Part shown: one piece after another, positions 9,565-19,817 of the stretch | How the letters are laid out: every line of letters starts with the position of its first letter | Position numbering within the stretch: position 1 is the first letter of the stretch | Notes under the pieces: generated by a model | Seen by the model: the letters and a program-made list of their open reading frames with translations, nothing else | Told to the model about the DNA's origin: nothing | Database searches by the model: none | Virus record (IMG/VR): IMGVR_UViG_3300006204_000010 | Coordinates: 312-64,311 of that record | Strand: one strand, 5' to 3' | DNA: 64,000 nucleotides | From: a virus | Lineage: Duplodnaviria; Caudoviricetes | Position numbers and translations under genes: made by a program

Positions 9565-9686
9565 TTTCATCTGATGCAGCAGCTTTATATCGAATGAATG
9601 ATGGAAGTAATGCTAAAACCTTCCAAAAATAGGCATAAAAATAGCCCGAATCTGCTTTTACCACAAATCCGGGCTAATATTTTTAT

Positions 9687-9959
9687 TCAATCCTTGTAAT
9701 GTCCCTTACAAGATTTCACAATGATTTGATTCGCTGAAATTTCATATACAAGACGATTCGCTTCATCTATCCGCCTGCTGTATAAACCTGATTTATCGTG
9801 TTTTAACAATTCCGGTTTTCCCATACCCTGTAATGCCCCATTTCTATTAATATCTTCTATCAGACTGTTTATTTTCTTTAGTGTTTTCCGGTCTTGCATC
9901 TGCCAATAAACATAATGCTCCCAACCTTTTTTCGTAAATGTAAAATCAGCCATTTTCAA
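9687..9959 (-). CDS. yoeB: Txe/YoeB family mRNA interferase toxin
   Basis: FTKKGWEHYVYWQ...GMGKPELLK...YSRRIDEANRLVY. Confidence 0.9.
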   Translation of the reverse strand: MKMADFTFTKKGWEHYVYWQMQDRKTLKKINSLIEDINRNGALQGMGKPELLKHDKSGLYSRRIDEANRLVYEISANQIIVKSCKGHYKD

Positions 9960-10284
9960 TTACACCCCGTCTTTGGATTCCATGCTTCTGCTCAAACTCT
10001 AAAACTTTTTCCGTTGGTTTCCAATCTTCTAATTCCATTTCTTTTAATTCCTCAAATGTAAAAGTAATTGTTTCGCCTCTTTGTAATTGTTCTTCGCTTT
10101 TATTCAACATAGCAAAATATTCAGCATTTTGTTTTGCTTTTTGGAAGGCTTTGTATTCGCTTTCATTTATCATATAAATGCTTTCATTTTTAGGATTTGA
10201 AACTACCACTGTTTCTCCGTCGATAATCCTATCACACCATTTCTTGAAATCATGTCCAATATCTGTATATTTTACAGCTAACAT
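9946..10284 (-). CDS. yefM: Phd/YefM family antitoxin
   Basis: DFKKWCDRIIDGETVVVS N-terminus; overlaps upstream of yoeB. Confidence 0.8.
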   Translation of the reverse strand: MLAVKYTDIGHDFKKWCDRIIDGETVVVSNPKNESIYMINESEYKAFQKAKQNAEYFAMLNKSEEQLQRGETITFTFEELKEMELEDWKPTEKVLEFEQKHGIQRRGVIENG

Positions 10285-10314
10285 AACGCAACCTCCTCAA
10301 AATTCAAGTTTCTT

Positions 10315-10617
10315 TTATTCTATTATATTTGTATTGCTGTCCATATCAACCTCATGTGTGTTCTCAACAAAAACTTCGTCGATTGGTTTATTATAAAACG
10401 CTTCTAACCTTTCTTTTAAATTAAAGTATTTTTGCCCATTCAACTTCTCAATCGTCATTTTTCCATCATTTACAGAAATGCCTATCGTATCATTCTCGTT
10501 TAAATTCATTTGCGACATTAATTCCTTTGACAATCGGATGCCCTGACTATTCCCCCATTTTCTTACATTGGTTTTTACCATATATACGTTTTTAGACTGT
10601 GATTTTATTCCATTCAT
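10315..10617 (-). CDS. mazE: AbrB/MazE-family antitoxin, orphan (no MazF)
   Basis: VRKWGNSQGIRLSK AbrB fold; own promoter TTGACA-17-TATACT and palindrome TTGTATATACAA. Confidence 0.75.
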   Translation of the reverse strand: MNGIKSQSKNVYMVKTNVRKWGNSQGIRLSKELMSQMNLNENDTIGISVNDGKMTIEKLNGQKYFNLKERLEAFYNKPIDEVFVENTHEVDMDSNTNIIE

Positions 10618-10709
10618 TCCATCTCTCCTTACATAATTGTATATACAATGAATATACTCTATTTTTAGTATATGGAAAAGATATCTCCTTGTCAATCATA
10701 TTTATGCCC

Positions 10710-11939
10710 TCACTTCCAGTTCGCAAACCCGCTCTCATTAAATTTCTTCTTATTTTTCAATGCTTTGCTGATTGCTAGGTCAATTCCGCTCCTGCTTTTT
10801 AAATGATAAAAATATAAATCCGTATAAGGCGTATTTAGCCTGTCAATCCGCCCTCCGGATTGTACCATAACCTTATAGGAATAATTCTGAGAATAAAATA
10901 GAATGGTATCCGTTTTAATGCAGTTCCAGCCTTCCGCTCCCGCGTTATACTGCACGAGATATACCCAGCTTTTCGAATCTGGTATCGGCTGATGCTTATG
11001 CCCGTTCCATTCTGCAATTTCCACTGCTTCGCCATATCCCAAATCCTTTAATAACTGCAATTCATAATCGAAGTTATAAAATATAATACAACGCGGGTGT
11101 TTTTCTAAAATCTCCAATACTGCGGTCTGCCTTGATTCGTCCGAGTTTACGGTTTTACGAAGCGCATAGCAAAATTCAGCGGCGTTTTCAATGGGTTTAT
11201 TTTCCCATGGGTTCCACCGTGTCCGGCAAATGTCTTTGTACTTTTCAATACAATAAGGGACATAAATATCTTCGTGGTGGGAAATTGTTTTTCGTTTGAA
11301 ATCCATATTTATCAGAATGGAGTTCCTAAGCCGTATCAGCCTCCCCGTGTTTAAATAGCGATCCACTTTGGGAAATTTGCAAAACCGGCTGTATACGACG
11401 TGTTCCCTGAGAAATTCCGTCTTATTTTTATAAAAACCATTTGCGAGGAAAACTGGAATATAATCCTGCCATGTATCCCCCGGCGTAGCAGACAGTAAAA
11501 TCCATTGGTTTGCTTTCGCTATTTTTAAAAAAGCTTTTACCCAGCTTCCAGAACCTACAACTCTCTGTTCGTCAAATATAAAAAAAGCCCCCTGAATTTC
11601 AGAGAGCTTTGCAATGTTATTCCATGAATCAATTACTACCCGGTTCATGTATAAATTTACGTCTGGATTTGGCGATAAGAGAAAGTGCGACAACTCGCCT
11701 TCCCATTCGCAGGTATCCCGTTTCCGGGCGGTTGTGATAATATAGAGGTCTTTTGGCGGATCTCCCATTGGGATATAATCTCCGCCGTCTAAAAAGGTTT
11801 CCTCCCCGCCCTGCTGCAAATAGTAATAGGAAAGAGCCGTTATGGATTTTCCCGAACCAACCCCACCACATAATATACAGCCGTTTTTCATTTGCCAAAT
11901 GGCTTTCTTTTGGTAATCGTACAGTTGTATTCCTGCCAT
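10710..11939 (-). CDS. Superfamily 2 (SNF2/DEAD-like) DNA helicase
   Basis: GVGSGKS Walker A, FIFDE Walker B, SATP motif III, QSGGRIDR motif VI. Confidence 0.85.
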   Translation of the reverse strand: MAGIQLYDYQKKAIWQMKNGCILCGGVGSGKSITALSYYYLQQGGEETFLDGGDYIPMGDPPKDLYIITTARKRDTCEWEGELSHFLLSPNPDVNLYMNRVVIDSWNNIAKLSEIQGAFFIFDEQRVVGSGSWVKAFLKIAKANQWILLSATPGDTWQDYIPVFLANGFYKNKTEFLREHVVYSRFCKFPKVDRYLNTGRLIRLRNSILINMDFKRKTISHHEDIYVPYCIEKYKDICRTRWNPWENKPIENAAEFCYALRKTVNSDESRQTAVLEILEKHPRCIIFYNFDYELQLLKDLGYGEAVEIAEWNGHKHQPIPDSKSWVYLVQYNAGAEGWNCIKTDTILFYSQNYSYKVMVQSGGRIDRLNTPYTDLYFYHLKSRSGIDLAISKALKNKKKFNESGFANWK

Positions 11940-12301
11940 TATACACCTTCTTTATTTCTTAAGCCTTGTATCCATTTTTGGCAAAAATCCCGTAATTGTG
12001 GAATGTCAGACATTAAAGTCCCCCAAACCATATCAATATCCACCGCGCCATAATTATGGGCAAACAAATTTCTCGTACCCTTAATCGCTGGCCAATATAT
12101 CATCTTTTTTGTATTTTCACGAAAATCCTCTGGTAAATGCGTCGTTAATTCTCCTATCTGAAGAAGACTCATACAGACTGAATTTCGATAATCTCTGTCT
12201 TTTGCAAAAACTTCTTTATCCTTTCCAAAACGTTCCATTGTATCTTCAATATCCTTACAGTAAAGAAAGATATGTTCCAACACATTAATTATTTTGTTCA
12301 T
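11939..12301 (-). CDS. hepT: HepT-like (DUF86) HEPN RNase toxin
   Basis: LLQIGEL...WPAIKGTRNLFAHNYG (R-x4-H). Confidence 0.85.
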   Translation of the reverse strand: MNKIINVLEHIFLYCKDIEDTMERFGKDKEVFAKDRDYRNSVCMSLLQIGELTTHLPEDFRENTKKMIYWPAIKGTRNLFAHNYGAVDIDMVWGTLMSDIPQLRDFCQKWIQGLRNKEGV

Positions 12302-12614
12302 ATATCAACTTCTCATCCTCTCTGATATTGTCACGAAACTTTTTAGTCCTGTCAATATTTGCTTTATGTTCTAACGCGTTTGTTGTCACTAAGTCAACCG
12401 GTTTTTTTAATGCTTCCGTTAGTTCTTCATAGAGCGCCCCTAGAGTAAACATGCTTTTGATATTATCACTGTCAATTCGTAAATCTATATCGCTGTTTCC
12501 AGTGGCTTCCCCTCTCGCATAAGAACCAAATAAATAAGCGCGGCTAATACCATAGTTTTGCAAAATCGGACGGATAATCATTTGTAACTCACTAATTTCA
12601 TAAATGTCAGCCAT
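12285..12614 (-). CDS. mntA: Minimal nucleotidyltransferase antitoxin (MNT)
   Basis: LFGSYARGEATGNSDIDL (GS-x10-DxD). Confidence 0.85.
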   Translation of the reverse strand: MADIYEISELQMIIRPILQNYGISRAYLFGSYARGEATGNSDIDLRIDSDNIKSMFTLGALYEELTEALKKPVDLVTTNALEHKANIDRTKKFRDNIREDEKLIYEQNN

Positions 12615-12669
12615 AATTTCCTCCTTTTTTACATTGTATCATCATATGCTCCGAAACACAACACATCTT

Positions 12670-13152
12670 CTACCGGAACGACGTTTCCTCTGGCTTTTCT
12701 ATTTCCGCATATTTTTCCGCCCACTCATCTTCTTCAATCGTTACATACATTGTTTTAAGATATGCTTTCACCCCTGTTTTGCCATTTACTTCCCAATGAT
12801 ATGGGCGTATGGTTAAATCCACATTCCTGATTTCCGCATAATCCAATGAATCAATCGATTCTTCATCAAGCTGCGTCTGCGCTTTCTTTGTTACCAAAAT
12901 CACTTTTGGCGGAATCACTTTAAAACTAACACTGACCTGAATATAATGGCTTGCTTCCTCATCTTCATCACGCGGAGGCAAAATCCGTACGTTCCAACCG
13001 TCCTCCGCAAGCTCTCTCGCAACATTAATATCTTCAATTATCACACAGAAATTTCTGTTACCTTCACGGTTATACTTCGTTTCGCTTCCGGAAAAATTCC
13101 GAAAAATAATCCTTGCATTTTCAATATTAATTGGTAAAATATTTTGTTCCAT
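12670..13152 (-). CDS. Phage single-stranded DNA-binding protein (probable)
   Basis: Replication-module position, OB-like IIFRNFSG...RNFCV, acidic C-terminus. Confidence 0.55.
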   Translation of the reverse strand: MEQNILPINIENARIIFRNFSGSETKYNREGNRNFCVIIEDINVARELAEDGWNVRILPPRDEDEEASHYIQVSVSFKVIPPKVILVTKKAQTQLDEESIDSLDYAEIRNVDLTIRPYHWEVNGKTGVKAYLKTMYVTIEEDEWAEKYAEIEKPEETSFR

Positions 13153-13234
13153 AATGATTCTCCTTTTTCTTAATTTTAAAACAACAAAAAAGAGTCCTAA
13201 TAAAGACTCTCAGACTGTAAAAACAATCACTCAT

Positions 13235-16200
13235 TTAAAAAAACGGAATCTCCTCACCCGCATCTTCCGGTATCTCCATAAATCCCAGAATCTTATCGTC
13301 CTTTCTATAGGGATCGTCCGAAACAAACCACTCAAAATCTCCATGCTTTGCAATCGCCGCAGCCGCCTCGTCCGCCATTGAAATATAATACTGTGTGTCA
13401 ATATCCGATTCTTTTCCAAGTTCTTTCACCATCTCTGATTCCAGCCACCGATACCCTTTTGATCCTGCCGCGGCATAATACTTCCCGTCTTTCTCCCTGA
13501 GCAGTATTCCTCCGCCACATCCGGATTTAATTGGGCAGAAATTTCCAACCTTGCCGACAAAAATATAATTGTGCCCTTTTTCAATCAAAGCAGACAATTC
13601 CTGTCCCCGTCTCTCAAACGTTGTGTCCGACAACTCTCCTTTCCGGCGCTTACTTTGAAGCTTACTCAATTCTTTTTCATATTCTGAAACGTCAGGCAAC
13701 CCCTCATTCATATCTAAATATAATGCGCTGCTGACTGATTTTGCTTCACACAAGTCTTCGAATTGAATTTCTTCCTTACAAAACAATTTCTTAAACACAT
13801 ACGGAACCGCAAATTGTGTCCCAGTCGCCGTCCATTCGCCTGCATGTGTCCCGTTCTTATACTTTGCAATATAAACAGCGTCATTTACCAGACACATCTT
13901 CTCATAAGTCGCTTCATGTTCAAATGTATAACCGTACCGTTTCCCAAAATCCATTACAAATTGAATAATTTCCGGCGTCGCATCCGGAATTTTAATCGAA
14001 TCCGTCTTAATATGTGCAACGACAAACCCGCGTTTCTCCACTTCTTTCTGTAAATCCACCATAAATAAAGCTCCCCGTTTTGCGACAATATTGTCTTTAT
14101 TCCGTAAATCCCGAAATGGGTTCTCGAAATTCGCCGCCGTTAAACCATAAACAGAATTAATGGCTATTTTCAAGGCGTTTGCCAAATCTTTGGACGTCAG
14201 TTCCCCGTTTAAAACCTTCCGAGTATACTTTGTCAATTTTCCATTTAACATTTGATTGACGGCTTCCCACGCTTCATGCTTAATATTCACCCTCCCGTCT
14301 ACAATTTCTTTAAACTTACGGGTAAATTCCACGCCAAACAAAACCTCCATAATCGTACTGTGCGGATGCATAGAGGCTATATCCAATAAAGCCACATTCC
14401 CATACATGCCCGGCTTTGCAAACACCCTTCCGCCTTCGCCGACTTCTTCTCCACGGTATGTAGACTTACCGTTTTCAAACTGATAGCCCGGAAAATATGG
14501 CAGCAGGCTCCCAGCTTCCCCGTGCGTCTGTTCCATCATTTCAGGAGCCGCATCCTGTAAAAATTCGTACGTCTCTCTATCCAAATCAAACACAGGCTTT
14601 GACAAATCCCGATAGCAAAATTGGCTCTGCGGCTTGCGGTTTCCTCCAAATATAATTCTAGTTGTCAGACTGTTCGTCGTATCATTCACAGTACCTCCGG
14701 CTAAATCCGCTAAAATCTGCCTTGCCGTAAAATCCGCTTTACGGGCATAGAACACCGCTTCCGTAGCCAAAACGTCGTTGTCACAGTATTCCGCCACTTT
14801 TAACCACAAATCTTTAGGCACCGGCTGATCCCACGGCAATCCAAGCTCCTGATGGTGTATCCCTAAATCAATCTCAAATTTCTTCAACGACTGTTTTTTA
14901 CTGGAAAAATCATAAACATCTGTATAACTGACATGATACGCTTCCCCAAAGAAACAATCTGGCTTCCCATTTATTATTTTCTGGGATAACCGATAAAGCT
15001 GCTCATTGGAATAGCCCATAAGACACGCATACAAAATATGGTTATCGTATCTCCTGCAATTAAACCCAACAAGCCGGAAACGCATCAAATCCTCTATTTC
15101 AGATGGCGTAGGGTTAATCATGCGAACAACTGGTTTTCCCTCCCCTTCCGCTTTCCAATTTACCAAAAATAAATTGGGAAAGACTTCCACATCATAAAAA
15201 ATTAGATTTTTATCCTCATTCTCCATGCCTTCAGACGCTTCTTTTGACTGAAACTGCATTTTGTTGACAAGTTTAATGCAGTAATCCGCCTGATGAGAGC
15301 TGTTTGCCGCGAAAGCCAGAACTGCATTTCGCATATCTGTCACGTCATAATGCAGACCGCTGGCATAAGCATCTTCTAAAATTTTATAAATAAAATCAAT
15401 GCTGGGTTTCGTCCCCGGGTGTATTTCCTTACCCAAATTCCGCAAAATCAGCGTCCGAAGCCCTTTTTCATTTTTAACCGCGTCAAAATTTACCATTTTT
15501 TCTCCTTTCATTGGCAGACCTGAACTTATCGTGGCAATCGACAGCCCGTTACACTTTGACAATTTCCGCCGAAGCGAGCTATTGCCTGTAAATGCCTTAA
15601 TTTCAATATGGTCGCCATAAACCCTGCTTAGTTTTTCAGGGTCTCCCGTATAAATATAATGCAGATGGATTCCTGCCCCGCTTTTGCTTAATTCCGCATA
15701 TGTCGGAGGCCATTTTTCCGCTTCTTTTACATTTTCTTCCAAACACTTTTTGCCAGACGCATCTGGAATATCAAAATCAATCACGATATGGTTTTTTGGA
15801 ACTTTGACATAATGCAGTTTTGACGTATCAAGATCTTTTAACACAGTTTTTACCTCTGCCCATTTCCGTAATGGAGTTTCCTTCGACGAAGCATGCTGGG
15901 CGGGACAGTCCGAACACGTTTTATCAAAGATTGAATCTGTACAATCAAATAATAGAAAAGATAATTCAGAAACATCGTTCTCATATTGCTTTCCATTTCC
16001 AAATTTTTCGTTTCGAAAACCTGAATAATAACTGCGTATTCTTGTCCCGTCAAGTGAATCTTTTCGATTTTTATATTCTCTAAAATAATTTTTAAGTTCT
16101 TCTTTAAACACCCGATACGGAAACGGAAAACTGACTTTCGCTTCCTCACAATACGTCTTATACATTTCCCACGCCGCTTTTAAGCTTGTTCCGTCTTCTT

Positions 16201-17296
16201 TTTTAAAAACATAATAGGAATCCATCACAAAATTATAAAAATCATTCGATGCCCCAAGCATTATTAATGGAATATAATCGTCATACAAACCCGGATTTTC
16301 TAAAAACACTTCCCTGCAATGATATGCAATCGCGCCAAGTTCAAATGAAATCTGATTCATCAACACCTGATATTCTTTCTGGCTTACCTTATTACCTGTA
16401 GGCGACACATCAATCAGCCTTCGTATCAAACCGGATTTTGCGTCTGTAATCTTTACCGGCTTATTTGTACCCATAAAAAGAAAACTCTTAAAGCGGTTCG
16501 CATACGCTGACTTAAATTTCTCATTTACCGTCATCAGCTCATGGGACACCAAACTGTTAAGCCTTGTATTATCCTCGATTTTCGACAAATCGCCATCATG
16601 TTCAATTGCAACCAACGGATTACTCTTAAAAGCTTCCAGAGCAAATGAATTGTTCGAAGAACCAAGGCTCTTTGCACTAAATACAGAATAATATCCCTCA
16701 AAAAGCTGTTGAATAATATTTAGCGCTGTTGACTTACCTGTTCCTGCCGCGCCATATAAAACCATAAATTTTTGAATTTTTTTCGATTCCCCAGACACAA
16801 TCGAACCTATTGCCCATTCAATCTTTTGCCGCTCCTCTTTCGAATATAATACCGACATCAATTTATCATAGGCAGTAAAATCGCCGGCTTCCAGCGGATA
16901 ATTCAGCTTTTTACTGGCATAATCCTTTTTACTGGCAGTCATATTAGAAAATATCAAATTTTCGTCCAACATATGAAACGAATCCCTCATCTGCTTTTGA
17001 CAATACTTATGCCAAGAATCAATCATGCCGGATTCCGAATCCCACATATGCAAAACTTTTAAATCGGAACTAAAATTCTGCCTGTTTTCATCTGCATAAC
17101 GGTCCAGTTCATAATCAATCAGTTGCAGGGCATCCTGTTCATCGGTAGACCAAAAGCCTTTTTCTTCTAACCAGACCGCGTAAAAGTCTCCGCCCCGGAT
17201 CATCAAATCAGAACTTTTTTTAATAATAAACTTTGGATAGATTTCTATTACGCCGCGCTTTGTACTGCGCGTTGAAATCATCAGAAAGTCAACCAT
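13235..17296 (-). CDS. Fused SF3 helicase - primase/AEP-like - family B DNA polymerase
   Basis: GAAGTGKS P-loop; VIDFD..SKSGAGIHLHY; exo YDVE, FNCRRYD, YCDND; pol DIASMHP, KIAINSVYG, IKTDS. Confidence 0.85.
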   Translation of the reverse strand: MVDFLMISTRSTKRGVIEIYPKFIIKKSSDLMIRGGDFYAVWLEEKGFWSTDEQDALQLIDYELDRYADENRQNFSSDLKVLHMWDSESGMIDSWHKYCQKQMRDSFHMLDENLIFSNMTASKKDYASKKLNYPLEAGDFTAYDKLMSVLYSKEERQKIEWAIGSIVSGESKKIQKFMVLYGAAGTGKSTALNIIQQLFEGYYSVFSAKSLGSSNNSFALEAFKSNPLVAIEHDGDLSKIEDNTRLNSLVSHELMTVNEKFKSAYANRFKSFLFMGTNKPVKITDAKSGLIRRLIDVSPTGNKVSQKEYQVLMNQISFELGAIAYHCREVFLENPGLYDDYIPLIMLGASNDFYNFVMDSYYVFKKEDGTSLKAAWEMYKTYCEEAKVSFPFPYRVFKEELKNYFREYKNRKDSLDGTRIRSYYSGFRNEKFGNGKQYENDVSELSFLLFDCTDSIFDKTCSDCPAQHASSKETPLRKWAEVKTVLKDLDTSKLHYVKVPKNHIVIDFDIPDASGKKCLEENVKEAEKWPPTYAELSKSGAGIHLHYIYTGDPEKLSRVYGDHIEIKAFTGNSSLRRKLSKCNGLSIATISSGLPMKGEKMVNFDAVKNEKGLRTLILRNLGKEIHPGTKPSIDFIYKILEDAYASGLHYDVTDMRNAVLAFAANSSHQADYCIKLVNKMQFQSKEASEGMENEDKNLIFYDVEVFPNLFLVNWKAEGEGKPVVRMINPTPSEIEDLMRFRLVGFNCRRYDNHILYACLMGYSNEQLYRLSQKIINGKPDCFFGEAYHVSYTDVYDFSSKKQSLKKFEIDLGIHHQELGLPWDQPVPKDLWLKVAEYCDNDVLATEAVFYARKADFTARQILADLAGGTVNDTTNSLTTRIIFGGNRKPQSQFCYRDLSKPVFDLDRETYEFLQDAAPEMMEQTHGEAGSLLPYFPGYQFENGKSTYRGEEVGEGGRVFAKPGMYGNVALLDIASMHPHSTIMEVLFGVEFTRKFKEIVDGRVNIKHEAWEAVNQMLNGKLTKYTRKVLNGELTSKDLANALKIAINSVYGLTAANFENPFRDLRNKDNIVAKRGALFMVDLQKEVEKRGFVVAHIKTDSIKIPDATPEIIQFVMDFGKRYGYTFEHEATYEKMCLVNDAVYIAKYKNGTHAGEWTATGTQFAVPYVFKKLFCKEEIQFEDLCEAKSVSSALYLDMNEGLPDVSEYEKELSKLQSKRRKGELSDTTFERRGQELSALIEKGHNYIFVGKVGNFCPIKSGCGGGILLREKDGKYYAAAGSKGYRWLESEMVKELGKESDIDTQYYISMADEAAAAIAKHGDFEWFVSDDPYRKDDKILGFMEIPEDAGEEIPFF

Positions 17297-17303
17297 TCCA
17301 TCT

Positions 17304-17582
17304 TTAATCTCCCTTCTCGTATTTCAGCCGTTCTATCTCCATATACAGTTCTTCGATTTTTCTTTGCAGCTCCTCAAAGCGGATATCCGTAATGATTCCA
17401 AATACCGCTCCGGCCGCCAGACACAAGGCAATTTGCCCATTGATGTTCTTTTGTCTTCTGCAAAAAGAAGCTAACAGATGATTCGTGTCCGTATGCCGTT
17501 CCAAAACTTCCCAGACATTTGCCATCTTTCTTAATAAATCAATCTCCATAACCATTCTCCTTTTTCCTTTTCTTATCCACAA
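17304..17582 (-). CDS. Hypothetical phage protein (1 TM, coiled coil)
   Basis: ORF track; in operon. Confidence 0.5.
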   Translation of the reverse strand: MWIRKGKRRMVMEIDLLRKMANVWEVLERHTDTNHLLASFCRRQKNINGQIALCLAAGAVFGIITDIRFEELQRKIEELYMEIERLKYEKGD

Positions 17583-17589
17583 ATATCAT

Positions 17590-18120
17590 TCACTCCTTCA
17601 ACGCCTGATCCAAATACCACATCGCCTGATACCAAATTTCCACGGAACGCATGTCCACCCTTCCATGGCGGGCGGGAAACAAACTGCCTTCCCCGTTCCG
17701 TTTATACTTCCGATTTAAAAAACGGTTTAAAACGCCTTTGGCATACTGGGAATCGAAATGTTCGTCTGTCATTCCATCTAACCCTAAATTTTTCAGCATA
17801 TCAAAAAACCATTTTCCTGTGCGATCCCCAATATCCGGGTTATCCATAATATGTTCCTCACAGCGTATCGCAAGGGCTGTCATCATTTCGAATACGCTGC
17901 AAGGCTTTTTCATCGAAGAATGCCTGCCATTCTCATTCGCAAACCGCTCTCTTAATTCTAAGCCGTCTTGCAGACGGTTCTCGTCCATATCTATTTTATA
18001 AAAAAACTCTGTGTCAAATAGCAGACGGAATAGTTTTCGGTAAGATTTCCTCCCCAAATATCTTTTATCACAGATAAAACGGCACAGCCAGTCAAAATAT
18101 TCCTCTATCAATCTGCCCAT
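17590..18120 (-). CDS. Conserved hypothetical phage protein
   Basis: ORF track; overlapping operon structure. Confidence 0.6.
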   Translation of the reverse strand: MGRLIEEYFDWLCRFICDKRYLGRKSYRKLFRLLFDTEFFYKIDMDENRLQDGLELRERFANENGRHSSMKKPCSVFEMMTALAIRCEEHIMDNPDIGDRTGKWFFDMLKNLGLDGMTDEHFDSQYAKGVLNRFLNRKYKRNGEGSLFPARHGRVDMRSVEIWYQAMWYLDQALKE

Positions 18121-18656
18121 GCCCCCTCCATATGAAAAGGCTCTGCCCCGGTGAGTTCAGAAAAATTCCTCTGATCCAGAAGAATTTCATAATCACACAT
18201 GTTTTCCTCATTTCTGACAAATACCGAATCGTCCTCATATTCGCCAAAATGTTCCAAAGCGTCCCCTACCGTTTCCTCAATATTGTATATGATTTCATCG
18301 CTTTCATCAGTCAGAACGCCGTTCGCATAATAGGTCAGGCTGGTTTTTTCATAGTCGTTCATCTCTCCAAATTCCTCTGGAGAAATAACGTATGGCTTCT
18401 TAAATTCCACTTCATTTTCTCCTTTCCCTTTTTCGCTGGAATAGTTCGAATATCCTGTATTTTTCAACAATTCTCCATACTCCTGCCCCTTTGTCTCTGT
18501 TTCTGGTTTTTGCTCCCTCTTTGAAAATGCTTTTTTTACAGAATCAATCTCCTCCTGCGCAATCCGTTCGTACTTTCTTTTGGCATACTGCCAGCCTGCG
18601 GCAGCCCCTGCAATCACTCCTGACAGAAACGCCGCGAAACAAAATCCTTTACTCAT
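18108..18656 (-). CDS. Conserved hypothetical phage protein (N-terminal TM)
   Basis: ORF track; ATGA coupling to the upstream gene. Confidence 0.6.
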   Translation of the reverse strand: MSKGFCFAAFLSGVIAGAAAGWQYAKRKYERIAQEEIDSVKKAFSKREQKPETETKGQEYGELLKNTGYSNYSSEKGKGENEVEFKKPYVISPEEFGEMNDYEKTSLTYYANGVLTDESDEIIYNIEETVGDALEHFGEYEDDSVFVRNEENMCDYEILLDQRNFSELTGAEPFHMEGAWAD

Positions 18657-18811
18657 TGTTTATCCTCCTCCGTCCGTAAAGTCATAGCGGTAAGCGCCAA
18701 ACCTCCAAAAAGCATAGAGACGCTTAACAAAATCCCTCCGGCAATATGCCGTTTCCGTTTGGAATTTAACGTAAAATCCAACATGGATATAATCGCTTCA
18801 AAATTTTCCAT
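18653..18811 (-). CDS. Small membrane protein
   Basis: MENFEAII...GGILLSVSMLFGGLAL. Confidence 0.5.
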   Translation of the reverse strand: MENFEAIISMLDFTLNSKRKRHIAGGILLSVSMLFGGLALTAMTLRTEEDKQ

Positions 18812-18812
18812 C

Positions 18813-18914
18813 TTATGCGCCCCTTCCACCCAGTAAAACGGCAATGCCCGCTACAAAGCATATTCCTGATAATGCGGATAATGTATAAGATACAACTGCT
18901 AATCCATTGTTCAT
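18813..18914 (-). CDS. 33-aa hydrophobic peptide (MNNGLAVVSYTLSALSGICFVAGIAVLLGGRGA)
   Basis: Manually translated; SD GGAAAGGAG. Confidence 0.5.
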   Translation of the reverse strand: MNNGLAVVSYTLSALSGICFVAGIAVLLGGRGA

Positions 18915-19002
18915 AAGCTAACTCCTTTCCAAAAAAATAATCCGAAATCTGTCTTCATCAGACAAATATCGGATTCTGTTTCATTTGTTATTTTCATATA
19001 TA

Positions 19003-19401
19003 TCAACAATATTTTTCCAAAAATTCTGAAGGTTTCAAAATTTCTGGTTTTTCAACCTTTACGTCGTTAAAATCACCATCACCTGTCACCAAAACATCAA
19101 CATTGTCTAGTATTGCTGTATAAAGAATAGGATAATCTTTCAAATCTCTAATCTCAAATAATGTTTCATCTAAAATATCAGGTGTATAAATATATTCATA
19201 TTCCATCTTTGTAAGCAACGTATCTACAATTCTAATTTTATCTGGAAATTTTCTTTTTACAACATCTTTTAATTCTTCTACAATATAGGAAGAAAGAACC
19301 AGTTGATGTCGCTTAAAAATATGTTCCATCATCTGATTCATTTTCTTACTTGAAAATACTAATAATGAAATCAGAATATTTGTATCAATCATTATTCTCA
19401 A
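19003..19401 (-). CDS. vapC: PIN-domain (VapC-like) toxin
   Basis: IMIDTNIL...EEL...RDLKDYPIL...LVTGDGDF acidic PIN residues. Confidence 0.85.
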   Translation of the reverse strand: MRIMIDTNILISLLVFSSKKMNQMMEHIFKRHQLVLSSYIVEELKDVVKRKFPDKIRIVDTLLTKMEYEYIYTPDILDETLFEIRDLKDYPILYTAILDNVDVLVTGDGDFNDVKVEKPEILKPSEFLEKYC

Positions 19402-19659
19402 TCACTTCACCATTCTTTCTTTCCTCAGTTCTTTCACCATATCTACAATATCTTCTTCTGTTACTAAACCCAGCCGTTCTGCTTCCCCTTTGAATGCTGT
19501 CTGCGCTTCCTTCAAGGCTTCCATTGAAGAATTTGCCAAATATATCCTGCCGGCTTCCTCTAAAAATAAAATTTTACTTCCCTCTTTAATGCCTAGCTTT
19601 TCTCTAATATTCATCGGTATAGTAACCTGCCCTTTTGAAGTGACTTTTGCGAGTTCCAT
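19402..19659 (-). CDS. AbrB/SpoVT-family antitoxin
   Basis: AKVTSKGQVTIPMNIREKLGI; directly upstream of the PIN gene. Confidence 0.85.
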   Translation of the reverse strand: MELAKVTSKGQVTIPMNIREKLGIKEGSKILFLEEAGRIYLANSSMEALKEAQTAFKGEAERLGLVTEEDIVDMVKELRKERMVK

Positions 19660-19817
19660 ACAAACGACCTCTCTTTCTACATATTCCTTACTTCATTATA
19701 TCTTATTTTATCCCCTGTATCAACCACATTCCACTAAATGTTTCTATAAAATAATCCCGGAAAATCAAATAGATCTCGTTCCACACACCCAGTTCCTATC
19801 GCAGAAAACCCTTGCAT

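Noticed and set aside
13235-17296. Intein or intron in the polymerase (also checked in terminase)
   Set aside because: No C/S...HN splice junctions or LAGLIDADG motifs are evident; the length is explained by the domain fusion.
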